Source of the DNA: Opitutales bacterium
GTDB lineage: Bacteria > Verrucomicrobiota > Verrucomicrobiia > Opitutales > PNEW01
DNA length: 32,000 nt
NCBI GenBank assembly: GCA_965219535.1
Contig: CBDCNV010000002.1
Coordinates: forward strand, 1,680,001 to 1,712,000
Reading direction: 5' to 3'
Part shown: piece after piece, positions 17,744 through 26,051 of the stretch
Numbering within the stretch: position 1 is the first letter of the stretch
Layout: every line of letters starts with the position of its first letter
Notes under the pieces: generated by a model
Databases searched by the model: none
What the model saw: the letters and a program-made list of their open reading frames with translations, nothing else
Told to the model about the DNA's origin: nothing
Program-made: the position numbers and the translations under genes

Positions 17744-19405
17744 TTAGCTCACAAGTAATTCTTTTGCGTGATTGAGTGCGGATTGAGAATGACGATCACC
17801 AAGCATACGCGCTAACTCAACAAGCCGATCCGACTTTTTTTCGTGAATCGACTTTATTGCGATCGACGTAGAATTTTTATTTTGGTCTTTAGTGACAATA
17901 AAATGTCCACTTGCTTTACCTGCTACTTGCGGAAGATGGGTTACACTAAAAACCTGGTGTCGTTTCCCGAGAGAAGCAAGTTCCACGCCGACGACATTAG
18001 CGATTTCACCTCCCACATTGGCATCGGCTTCATCAAAGACGAGGACGGAAGTATCGTCTACCTGGGCGAGGATTGCTTTAAGCGCAAGCATTACGCGTGC
18101 AATTTCACCGCTCGACGCGATTTTATTTAAAGGCAAGAGATCCTGGCCCGGATTGGGAGAAAAAAGAAATTGGCAGGAACAATTTCCATATTCTTTTAGT
18201 TCAGACTCACGTATTATTCCGATTTGTATGTCTGCCTTCTTAAAACCTAACAGTCCAATGAGCACAGCTGCTTTTTTACTCAGTTCCCTCGCGGCTTTCT
18301 GTCGTTTCACTCTTAATGATTCAGCTCTTTTTTCGAGTTTATCCCCTAGATCTTTAGCTTCTTTTTCCAAGCTTTCAATTGAACCATCAATATCACCTTG
18401 CATTAAAATCTTATTCGACAAGCTCTCGCGCTTTTCCAAAACCGCCTTTACACTATTCCCGTACTTACGGCTGAGCTCGAGCCATAGGTTCATCTTTTCC
18501 TGGAGTGCATGCTCGGCCTCCTCATTAAATTCGCAATCGCTTGCCAACTGCCCATAACACTCACTCAAGTCTTCTAATTCAATGATTGTAGACTCAAGGC
18601 GGTCGGCCAAAGCATTTGATTCACCATCGATTTCGGCAAGTTCTCGCGCTCCCTGGAGAAGGATTCCAAGTTGCTTGATTACCCCCTCATCACCCCGCAG
18701 AGCAGTTTCAATATTAGTACTCAGTCCGGTAAGCTCGCGTGCTTTAGTCGAGCGATTATAGTCACGCTCAAGGGCTTCAATGGAATCTTCACTTATCTCT
18801 GCCTGATCGATAAGACGGATCTGATTCTGGATAAAATCAAGTTCATCGGGGCTCAAATGATCCTGAGTTCGGAGATCATCGATATTTTGCAGAATCTGCT
18901 TCCACTTTTTATAGCGATCCTGGTATTCCTTTAACTCTTTTCCTATCTGCGCGTAGCGATCGAGAAGTTCGCGTTGCCACTTTTCTTTTAATAATTTTTG
19001 AGGTTCTCCGGGACCATGAAAATCAATCCAGGACTCTCCCAATTCCTGCAGATTTCCTAATGTGGTAAGTGCTCCATTGATTTGTATTTTGGGCATTTTG
19101 GAACGGGCTAGCGATCGACGTAAAATCAAACTACCATCCTCACAGGGAGGTAACCCAAAGATTTCGAGTTGGGAGTCGAGCCGTTGAGTATCAGAAAAAT
19201 AAAGCCCACCCTCCACTTCGCAGACTTCAGCATCTTTGCGAATGATCGTTTTATCTACTCGGGATCCAGAGAGAAGAGCGAGAGCGCCGAGTAGGATGCT
19301 TTTGCCCGCTCCCGTCTCACCGGTCACCGCGGTAAATCCTCGGTCAAAATTCAGTTCCACCTCATCCATAAGGGCGAGATTTTTAATCTTCAGATACTGC
19401 AACAT
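17744..19405 (-). CDS. recN: DNA repair protein RecN
   Basis: 553 aa. N-terminus MLQYLKIKNLALMDEVELNFDRGFTAVTGETGAGKSILLGAL (Walker A), a long coiled-coil middle and a C-terminal ASSGEIARVMLALK...VLVFDEADANVGG signature plus Walker B. Confidence 0.95.
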   Translation of the reverse strand: MLQYLKIKNLALMDEVELNFDRGFTAVTGETGAGKSILLGALALLSGSRVDKTIIRKDAEVCEVEGGLYFSDTQRLDSQLEIFGLPPCEDGSLILRRSLARSKMPKIQINGALTTLGNLQELGESWIDFHGPGEPQKLLKEKWQRELLDRYAQIGKELKEYQDRYKKWKQILQNIDDLRTQDHLSPDELDFIQNQIRLIDQAEISEDSIEALERDYNRSTKARELTGLSTNIETALRGDEGVIKQLGILLQGARELAEIDGESNALADRLESTIIELEDLSECYGQLASDCEFNEEAEHALQEKMNLWLELSRKYGNSVKAVLEKRESLSNKILMQGDIDGSIESLEKEAKDLGDKLEKRAESLRVKRQKAARELSKKAAVLIGLLGFKKADIQIGIIRESELKEYGNCSCQFLFSPNPGQDLLPLNKIASSGEIARVMLALKAILAQVDDTSVLVFDEADANVGGEIANVVGVELASLGKRHQVFSVTHLPQVAGKASGHFIVTKDQNKNSTSIAIKSIHEKKSDRLVELARMLGDRHSQSALNHAKELLVS

Positions 19406-19484
19406 GTCTGGTTGTTTTTATAAATCAGTTGAAACCCTCTTTGGCAATCAAAGGTTATTTACATAAGTGCAGCGGTTTGTTGAT

Positions 19485-19546
19485 CGAAATGCCCGCCTTC
19501 GCTCTTCGAGCTATGGCGCGCAACTTTCACCTGGTGGTGAAAGTTG
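19485..19546 (+). repeat. 62-nt structured repeat, copy a (variant hairpin CAACTTTCACC-TGGT-GGTGAAAGTTG)
   Basis: CGAAATGCCCGCCTTCGCTCTTCGAGCTATGGCGCGC followed by a perfect 11-bp hairpin. Lies 3 nt downstream of the GIY-YIG stop. Confidence 0.9.
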
Positions 19547-19549
19547 TTT

Positions 19550-19792
19550 TCAAATGAATCGGCGTTTCAGGAACGACTTACCGGAACCGGATTTTAAATA
19601 CTTTTCAAAATGTCTAGCTTTCTTTTCATTCGCAAAAGCGAAGTAGCACACTAGTTGCCATGGTTTGTATTGTGCTGTGTGTGACGATTTACCAGAATTA
19701 TGATCGCGTAATCGTGTTTTCAAATTACCAGCAAGACCAATATAATACTCTTTTCGATTATATACACTTTCGATGATGTATACATAGGTCAT
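19550..19792 (-). CDS. GIY-YIG nuclease family protein (small COG2827/YhbQ-type)
   Basis: 80 aa. YVYIIES...YYIGLAGNLKTRLRDHNSGKS...KARHFEKYLKSGSGKSFLKRR gives the GIY-YIG core (Y-x-Y ... Y-I-G ... R ... H-N ... E). Confidence 0.85.
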   Translation of the reverse strand: MTYVYIIESVYNRKEYYIGLAGNLKTRLRDHNSGKSSHTAQYKPWQLVCYFAFANEKKARHFEKYLKSGSGKSFLKRRFI

Positions 19793-19918
19793 ATACGAAA
19801 TTTCCTTTTTCGTAGAGACTAGAGAAAATGTATATTCATGAATCTAATAGTTAATATCTAATCTGAGACTTATTTCTACGATCGGCATTTTTTCGATAAA
19901 CTAAATGTACGATCTAAG

Positions 19919-19980
19919 CGAAATGCCCGCTTTCGCTCTTCGAGCTATGGCGCGCAACCTTCGCCTGGCGGCGAAGGTTG
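19919..19980 (+). repeat. 62-nt structured repeat, copy b (hairpin CAACCTTCGCC-TGGC-GGCGAAGGTTG), abutting tRNA-Val(CAC)
   Basis: Differs from copy a by 1 nt in the 37-nt 5' part and by two compensated base pairs plus one loop nt in the hairpin. Overlaps the tRNA CCA end by 2 nt. Confidence 0.9.
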
Positions 19981-20055
19981 GTGGGAGATGGCAGACTCGA
20001 ACTGCCGACTTCTTGCGTGTGAAGCAAGCGCTCTAACCAACTGAGCTAATCCCCC
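19979..20055 (-). tRNA. tRNA-Val (anticodon CAC), CCA encoded
   Basis: The reverse complement folds as a cloverleaf: GGGGGAT TA GCTC AGTTGGTTA GAGC G CTTGC TTCACAC GCAAG AAGTC GGCAG TTCGAGT CTGCC ATCTCCC A CCA. Confidence 0.9.
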
Positions 20056-20177
20056 GTAATATGGGACGGTATTTATGCCGCATACTTTCTAATGCGTCAA
20101 TTCAGGAAAAACATCGCTTCTTATATTGAACACCTTGGGATATTTTTGATAATGAGTTAAATTATTTCTTTCTTACG

Positions 20178-22880
20178 ATGTCTCAATCAATTGATTTCCA
20201 GAAAATAGCCCGGCTTCCATCACCGGGAGATAACGTGGCGATTGCGACAAAAAATCTGGATGCTGGATTGAAAATTAATTATGAGGGTGAGCAGTTTAAC
20301 CTCGATTGCACCGTTCTTCTCGGCCATCGCTTCGCGGTGGAAAAGATTGCCGTGGGTGAGCCTTTACTTTCATGGGGTCTACCTTTTGGCATAGCGACCG
20401 TGGAGCTTGCACCTGGTGATTACGTGTGCAATGCCGCTATCCTTTCAGAACTTAAAATAAGAAATCTCGGCGTAAAACTTCCTGAGGAACCCAATTTTAA
20501 GGACAAGGTTGCTCCTTATGTCCTTAATGAAAGCAAATTCAATTCGGGGACACAGGTAAATCGTCATGATCACTCACTCACTTTCAAAGGTTACCGGCGA
20601 TCGAAAGCAATAGGTGTAGGAACAAGAAATAACATTGTAATTCTGGGAACGACTTCACGATCCGCGAGCTATGCCCGCCAGCTAGCTGAGCGTATGCAGG
20701 GTTTGTCTGATAAGTTTAATAATATCGATAAGATTGTTGCTGTCGCTCACACCGAAGGGGGCAACCTTTCACGTCCCAATAATATCGATCTTCTCTTGCG
20801 AACCCTGGCGGGGCTCATTGTTCACTCCAATGTCGGCGCTGTTCTCGCAGTCGACTACGGTACGGAGCCACTGACTAATCAAATGCTTAAAGCGTATTTG
20901 CAGTCAGAAAATTACCCTCTTGATTCAGTGCTCCATAAATTTTTAACGATTAAGGGTAGCTTTCAGAAAAGCCTGGATGAAGGTGAAGCGATAATCCGGT
21001 CATGGTTACCTCAAGTAAATGATACTACCCGCACCCAGGAATCGGTAGAAAATTTAAAAATTGCTCTTCAGTGCGGAGGATCAGACGCGTTTTCAGGGAT
21101 CTCAGGCAACCCCCTTGCTTCCTGGGTCGCACGTGAGATTATTCGTTATGGTGGATCCGCTCAACTGGCGGAGACAAATGAATTGATCGGGGCAGAATCC
21201 TATGTCCTGAAAAACGTGAAAGACCTGGCTACTGCACAGCGTTTTCTCGAGATGATCGAGAAATACAGAGAATACTCTTCCTGGCACGGGAATTCAGCCG
21301 AGGATAATCCATCTGGAGGCAATAAGTTCAGGGGACTCTATAATATTTACCTGAAATCTATCGGTGCAGCCAATAAATTGCATCCGGATCTTCGTTTAGA
21401 TGAAGTGATAGATTACAGTGAGAGGATGAATGCTCCGGGTTATTACTTTATGAATAGTCCGGGTAATGATCTTGAAAGTATCGCCGGTCAAGTCGCCTCG
21501 GGTTGCAACATGATTTTTTTCGTCACGGGCAATGGGTCGATTACTAATTTTCCCTTTGTCCCGACGATAAAAGTCATAACCACGACCAACCGTTATGAAC
21601 TTTTGTCACACGAAATGGATGTAAATGCCGGTGCGTACATGGATGGCAAGCAAATGGATGAACTGGGAGATCGCATGTTGAATTACAGCGTGGAGATTGC
21701 CTCGGGGAGATTGAGCAAAGGAGAAATAGCGGGCCACTCCCAGGTTTCTTTCTGGAGAAACTGGCAACAAGTGGACGGAAGTAATCTCGATCAACTACTT
21801 CACCGCCCTTCGCCCAACGGTAAACCCATTTTCATCAGGACAAATGACAGAATGCCTCCGATGAATTTTAACGGCATTCGTTCAGGAGATGGCTATACCA
21901 CTGATTGTATCGGGCTTATTCTCCCCACCAGTCTTTGCGCCGGTCAAATTGCCAATATTGCCGCGATACAATTAACAAAAAAGGAACTGGGCCGTGATAA
22001 GGGATTATCCCGTTTTGTCTCGTTAGTCCATACTGAGGGCTGTGGTTTAGGAGGGGAATCTGCGATTAACCTCTACGAAAGAACTTTGATTGGCTATCTC
22101 ACACACCCTTTCGTTAAATTCGGGCTTTTACTCGAACATGGGTGCGAGAAAACACATAACGATTTTATGCGTCACTCACTTCATCAACGCAATCTCAACA
22201 GTGATAATTTTGGCTGGGCCAGTATTCAATTAGATGGTGGTATGGAAAATGTATTAAAGAAAGTGGAGGACTGGTTTACTTCGAAAATATCAGCCGACGA
22301 TTCACTTGCTTATGAACAGACCGGAATAGACGCCTTGAGCATAGGCTTTCTCAGTTCAGGTCGCGTATCTGAAAATACGGCATTGAGTGTTGCCCATCTC
22401 ATACAAAATCTCGTCGGCGCAGGAACGACTGTGGTCGTTCCCGAAAATGCTGAATTCTTTGAAAATCAAACCTTTCGTGAAAAGATCCTTGGCGATCATC
22501 CTCTAAAACCCACCCTTGCCTATGGACAAAAAGTTGAGCTTCCCGGGTTCCACCTCCTCGAATGCCCAACGAATCACTGGGTCGAATCTTTAACCGGTTT
22601 AGGCGGTACGGGTGTCGAAATTATAGTCGCCTGTATAGAAGAACATCCAATGCAAGGTCACCCCATGATTCCAGTGATTCAAGTTACCGATAAAAAGGAT
22701 ATTTATGCTCAGTTTGAAGAAGATATCCATTTATTGTTCGATGATAATCATAGGCAGAATGCGGTAGCTTTGCTGGACCTTATCACAGCCGTTGCCTCGC
22801 GAGAATTTACTCCAACTTCATTTCCCCAGGGAAATACCGATTTTCAGCTGACAAGAGGGCTGCTCGGATCGTCAGTTTAA
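20178..22880 (+). CDS. UxaA/GarD-family (altronate/galactarate dehydratase-like) protein, unusually long at 900 aa with an extra C-terminal module
   Basis: N-terminal SAF-like region (PGDNVAIATKNL...GHRFAV...GDYV), FKGYRRSKAIGVGTRNNIVILGTTS, LQCGGSDAFSGISGNP and PGNDLESIAGQVASGCNMIFFVTGNGS are typical of UxaA. Residues ~560-900 repeat the middle-domain pattern (GLILPTSLCAGQ...VSLVHTEGCG). Confidence 0.75.
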   Translation: MSQSIDFQKIARLPSPGDNVAIATKNLDAGLKINYEGEQFNLDCTVLLGHRFAVEKIAVGEPLLSWGLPFGIATVELAPGDYVCNAAILSELKIRNLGVKLPEEPNFKDKVAPYVLNESKFNSGTQVNRHDHSLTFKGYRRSKAIGVGTRNNIVILGTTSRSASYARQLAERMQGLSDKFNNIDKIVAVAHTEGGNLSRPNNIDLLLRTLAGLIVHSNVGAVLAVDYGTEPLTNQMLKAYLQSENYPLDSVLHKFLTIKGSFQKSLDEGEAIIRSWLPQVNDTTRTQESVENLKIALQCGGSDAFSGISGNPLASWVAREIIRYGGSAQLAETNELIGAESYVLKNVKDLATAQRFLEMIEKYREYSSWHGNSAEDNPSGGNKFRGLYNIYLKSIGAANKLHPDLRLDEVIDYSERMNAPGYYFMNSPGNDLESIAGQVASGCNMIFFVTGNGSITNFPFVPTIKVITTTNRYELLSHEMDVNAGAYMDGKQMDELGDRMLNYSVEIASGRLSKGEIAGHSQVSFWRNWQQVDGSNLDQLLHRPSPNGKPIFIRTNDRMPPMNFNGIRSGDGYTTDCIGLILPTSLCAGQIANIAAIQLTKKELGRDKGLSRFVSLVHTEGCGLGGESAINLYERTLIGYLTHPFVKFGLLLEHGCEKTHNDFMRHSLHQRNLNSDNFGWASIQLDGGMENVLKKVEDWFTSKISADDSLAYEQTGIDALSIGFLSSGRVSENTALSVAHLIQNLVGAGTTVVVPENAEFFENQTFREKILGDHPLKPTLAYGQKVELPGFHLLECPTNHWVESLTGLGGTGVEIIVACIEEHPMQGHPMIPVIQVTDKKDIYAQFEEDIHLLFDDNHRQNAVALLDLITAVASREFTPTSFPQGNTDFQLTRGLLGSSV

Positions 22881-22977
22881 TTTCCATCGACTAGCTTCTT
22901 TACTTGAATCATCACATGAGTTATTGATACTGTGTTTAGCCTAGCGAAGTATTTTCTTGCACCTCTAATATAAAACA

Positions 22978-23997
22978 ATGAACCCATTTATTGATTCTAC
23001 AGCTATAGCTGATAACGGACTTGAGTTGCGTAAACGTATGGAGCGCGACGGTTATTTATTTATCCGCGGATTGATGCCCGCAAACAAGCTGGAAAGCCTG
23101 AGGCGACAACTATTGGAAATTGCGCGCGATGCGGGTTGGGTTAAAAAAGATGTGCCTCTGGATGAGGCTATTGCCGATCTCAACGGATTTTGTGTCGAGC
23201 CTGAACAGAAGTATAATGAAGTTTATCTTCAAATGTATAAACTTCAGGATTTTCAAGCGATCTATCATCATCCAGATTTGATCGCTTTATTTGAAAGACT
23301 CTTAGGTGACACCGTATTCTTACACCCGAGTGTTATCGGTCGAACAATCTTTCCACAGCGGGATGCATTCACTACACCAGCGCACCAGGATTTCATTCCC
23401 ATTCAAGGTACTCCCGATACCTATACCGCGTGGATTCCTTTGTCTGATATACCGGAAGAATTGGGGGGCCTCCAGATTGCTTCGGGCTCACATCGACAGG
23501 GAGTTTATGAACATCGCCCTTCACTCGGTGCGGGAGGAATGGAAGTCATTGATCCACTCGATGGCACTTGGGTCGGTAATCCATTTAAACAATCCGATCT
23601 CCTAATATTTCACAGCTTGGCTGTGCATAAAGGTTTACCGAATCGATCGGATAAATTGCGCCTGTCATTAGATGGCAGATACCAAAAGGTCAGCGATCCC
23701 ATATCACCCAAAACTCTGGTTCCTCATGGGGGAATAGTTGAATGGGAGGATATCTATGCCAACTGGCCAACTAAAGACTTTCAATATTATTGGAAAAAAT
23801 GGGATCTGAAAATCAAGGAATACGATTATAGTTATCATCAAAAACGTGACGAAATGGCTTTTGAGATGGCTGAAAATGGTGATTCACAGGCGGTCTCAAC
23901 TTTACAACGTATCATTGCGCGCGACAATGATCCTGCTAAACGCAGAAAAGCGAAAGATCTCCTCGCGAAGCTGGAAGCCATAGCTGACGTTTCCTGA
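22978..23997 (+). CDS. phytanoyl-CoA dioxygenase (PhyH) family Fe(II)/2-oxoglutarate oxygenase
   Basis: HQDFIPIQGTPDTYTAWIPLSD gives the H-x-D facial triad, FHSLAVHKGLPN supplies the distal His, and RLSLDGRYQ a distal Arg. An ~80-aa C-terminal helical extension follows. Confidence 0.75.
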   Translation: MNPFIDSTAIADNGLELRKRMERDGYLFIRGLMPANKLESLRRQLLEIARDAGWVKKDVPLDEAIADLNGFCVEPEQKYNEVYLQMYKLQDFQAIYHHPDLIALFERLLGDTVFLHPSVIGRTIFPQRDAFTTPAHQDFIPIQGTPDTYTAWIPLSDIPEELGGLQIASGSHRQGVYEHRPSLGAGGMEVIDPLDGTWVGNPFKQSDLLIFHSLAVHKGLPNRSDKLRLSLDGRYQKVSDPISPKTLVPHGGIVEWEDIYANWPTKDFQYYWKKWDLKIKEYDYSYHQKRDEMAFEMAENGDSQAVSTLQRIIARDNDPAKRRKAKDLLAKLEAIADVS

Positions 23998-24050
23998 TCC
24001 TGTATTTTGCTAGATAATCCATTGTTCCACTTCCTTCAGATTTTTGCGCT

Positions 24051-25160
24051 ATGAAAATTGATGCGATCGAAATTGTGCACGTCGCCATGCCTCTGATCTA
24101 CCCCTTCAGGACTGCCTTTGGTAATGACGACACCATCGAGTCCGTTTTTATCCGACTTTCATCAGGTGAACATTATGGTTGGGGGGAATCCTCCCCATGG
24201 AAATTGCCCGCTTATTCCCCTGAGTGCTGCAGCGCTCAATTTCTAATATCCCGCGACATCATGGCGCCTCTTTTATTGGGACAAGATATCGAATCCGGTG
24301 ATGACCTTCAGGGCCATTTATCAGGGTTAAAGGGAAATTACTTTGCCAAAGCTGGATTTGACCTCGCGTGGTGGGATTTACACGCGAAAATGCAGGGGAC
24401 CCCTCTATGGCAATTGATTGGCGGGAAGAACGCGACTATTGAAGCAGGCGCTGATTTCGGTGTCATGGAGACAATCGAAGAATTGTTCAGGGAAATGTAT
24501 TCTGCCGAGGAACATGGATACAAACGCGTGAAATTGAAATTTCGCCCCGGATGGGATCTCTGGATGATTGAAGCGGTGCGCAAGGAATTTCCCGATACGA
24601 TCATTCATGTCGATTGCAACAGCGCCTATACATTAAATGATCTCGATACAATTAAAGAACTGGATCGCTATAATCTTGCGATGATCGAACAACCGCTCAT
24701 GCATGACGACTTGCTCGATCATGCCAAGCTTCAAGCTGAAATCAAAACTCCGATCTGCCTGGACGAAAGTATTGTTTCTACAAATAGTGTGCGGAAAGCT
24801 ATTGAATGCGGAGCTTGCCAATGGGTTAACATAAAACCCGGTAGAGTGGGGGGTATTACCAATGCCGTAGCGATTAATAAAATATGTATGGATGCAGACA
24901 TTCCCTGTTGGATTGGCGGCATGCTCGAGTCGGCAGTAGTTGCCGCCCATTGCGTCGCTCTTGCAACACTTCCTAACATGAAATATCCAGCGGACATTTT
25001 TCCCACCGACCGATTTTATCATGACGATTTAGGTGAGCCGGAAATGGTGCATTCTGGTCGATCCGAATTTCAAGCTACAACGAAACCAGGTATTGGGGTT
25101 GAACCCAAGGCAGAAGCAATGGACAAGCAATCGCTAAGCTGCGCTTCACTAGTGGCCTAA
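24051..25160 (+). CDS. enolase-superfamily enzyme, N-succinylamino acid racemase / o-succinylbenzoate synthase (NSAR/OSBS) subgroup
   Basis: GYKRVKLKFRPGWD (K-x-K), HVDCNSAY, MIEQPL, ICLDES and NIKPGRVGG reproduce the catalytic and metal-ligand pattern of the MenC/NSAR family. Confidence 0.8.
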   Translation: MKIDAIEIVHVAMPLIYPFRTAFGNDDTIESVFIRLSSGEHYGWGESSPWKLPAYSPECCSAQFLISRDIMAPLLLGQDIESGDDLQGHLSGLKGNYFAKAGFDLAWWDLHAKMQGTPLWQLIGGKNATIEAGADFGVMETIEELFREMYSAEEHGYKRVKLKFRPGWDLWMIEAVRKEFPDTIIHVDCNSAYTLNDLDTIKELDRYNLAMIEQPLMHDDLLDHAKLQAEIKTPICLDESIVSTNSVRKAIECGACQWVNIKPGRVGGITNAVAINKICMDADIPCWIGGMLESAVVAAHCVALATLPNMKYPADIFPTDRFYHDDLGEPEMVHSGRSEFQATTKPGIGVEPKAEAMDKQSLSCASLVA

Positions 25161-26008
25161 TGAACGAATTATACATAAGTAAAACGTTCACTCCACTCCA
25201 TGGCTTTACACATGGCATTGAGGGCCCAGCTTGTGATTCCAAGGGCAATCTCTATGCCGTTAACTATGCCCGCGAGCATACTATTGGGTGTGTCACCCCG
25301 GATGGCGAATGCAGTATTTACGTCGAACTCTCCGACGGTAGCATCGGCAACGGTATTCGTTTTAATCAAACCGGGGAAATGTTAATTGCCGATTATACTA
25401 ATCATAATATTTTAAAAGTTGATAAGGTGACACGGGATATCTCAGTTTTCGCGCATGAGCCGAGTATGAACCAACCGAACGATATTGCGATTGGCGCTAA
25501 TGATATTGTTTATGCCAGTGATCCCAATTGGAGTGAATCCTGGGGCCAGCTCTGGCGTATTGATACCAAGGGAAAAGTCACTTTACTTGAAACAGAAATG
25601 GGTACCACTAACGGTATCGAGGTAAGCCCGGATGAGCGTACTCTTTATGTCAACGAAACGGTTCAGCGAAATATCTGGGCATACAATCTCTCTGCCACAG
25701 GGGAGATTAACAACAAGCGCCTGTTAATCCAGTTTCCTGACTTTGGAATGGATGGGATGCGCTGCGATAGCGAGGGAAATCTTCTCGTGACGCGCCATGG
25801 TAAAGGCACGGTGGCAAAAGTGTCACCTCAGGGTCAAGTGCTTGAAGAGGTACAACTTGCCGGAAAGGAATGCACGAATATCGCGTTCGGTGGGCCTGAT
25901 GGGCGGACTTGCTATGTCACGGTTGCCGACCATGGAAATATAGAATGTTTTCGCAACGATTCTCCTGGTCGTAGCTGGAAATTATTCCAGGACAGGGTAG
26001 ATAAATAA
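25160..26008 (+). CDS. SMP-30/gluconolactonase/LRE-family hydrolase (six-bladed beta-propeller)
   Basis: HGIEGPACDSKGNLY, NGIRFN, PNDIAIG, TNGIEVSPDERTLYVNET and MDGMRCDSEGNL are typical blades. The start overlaps the previous stop (TAATG). Confidence 0.75.
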   Translation: MNELYISKTFTPLHGFTHGIEGPACDSKGNLYAVNYAREHTIGCVTPDGECSIYVELSDGSIGNGIRFNQTGEMLIADYTNHNILKVDKVTRDISVFAHEPSMNQPNDIAIGANDIVYASDPNWSESWGQLWRIDTKGKVTLLETEMGTTNGIEVSPDERTLYVNETVQRNIWAYNLSATGEINNKRLLIQFPDFGMDGMRCDSEGNLLVTRHGKGTVAKVSPQGQVLEEVQLAGKECTNIAFGGPDGRTCYVTVADHGNIECFRNDSPGRSWKLFQDRVDK

Positions 26009-26051
26009 TACTTGCCTTACGCCATGCCAATTAGGCATTAGCACAATCCCC

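Larger units (their letters stand above)
17428..17777 (+). repeat. two-copy tandem direct duplication (copy 1 17428-17610, 183 nt; copy 2 17611-17777, 167 nt)
   Basis: The copies are identical except for 3 substitutions and 4 versus 2 GTCAAAAR units. Copy 2 includes the last 34 nt of recN, so copy 1 carries an orphan recN 3' end (17577-17610). AGT microhomology is present at the junctions. Confidence 0.95.

Noticed and set aside
17892-18557. 221-aa plus-strand ORF (and 17843..18130, 18671..18934, 19236..19466)
   Set aside because: These are antisense to the well-supported recN and have Ser/Leu/Arg-rich compositions typical of shadow ORFs.
19955-19980. The hairpin after the tRNA-Val genes read as a rho-independent terminator
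   Set aside because: The tRNA-linked copies are followed by GCGCGCC rather than a T-tract on the tRNA strand. Only copy a has TTTT after it, and that is on the strand opposite to the neighbouring genes.
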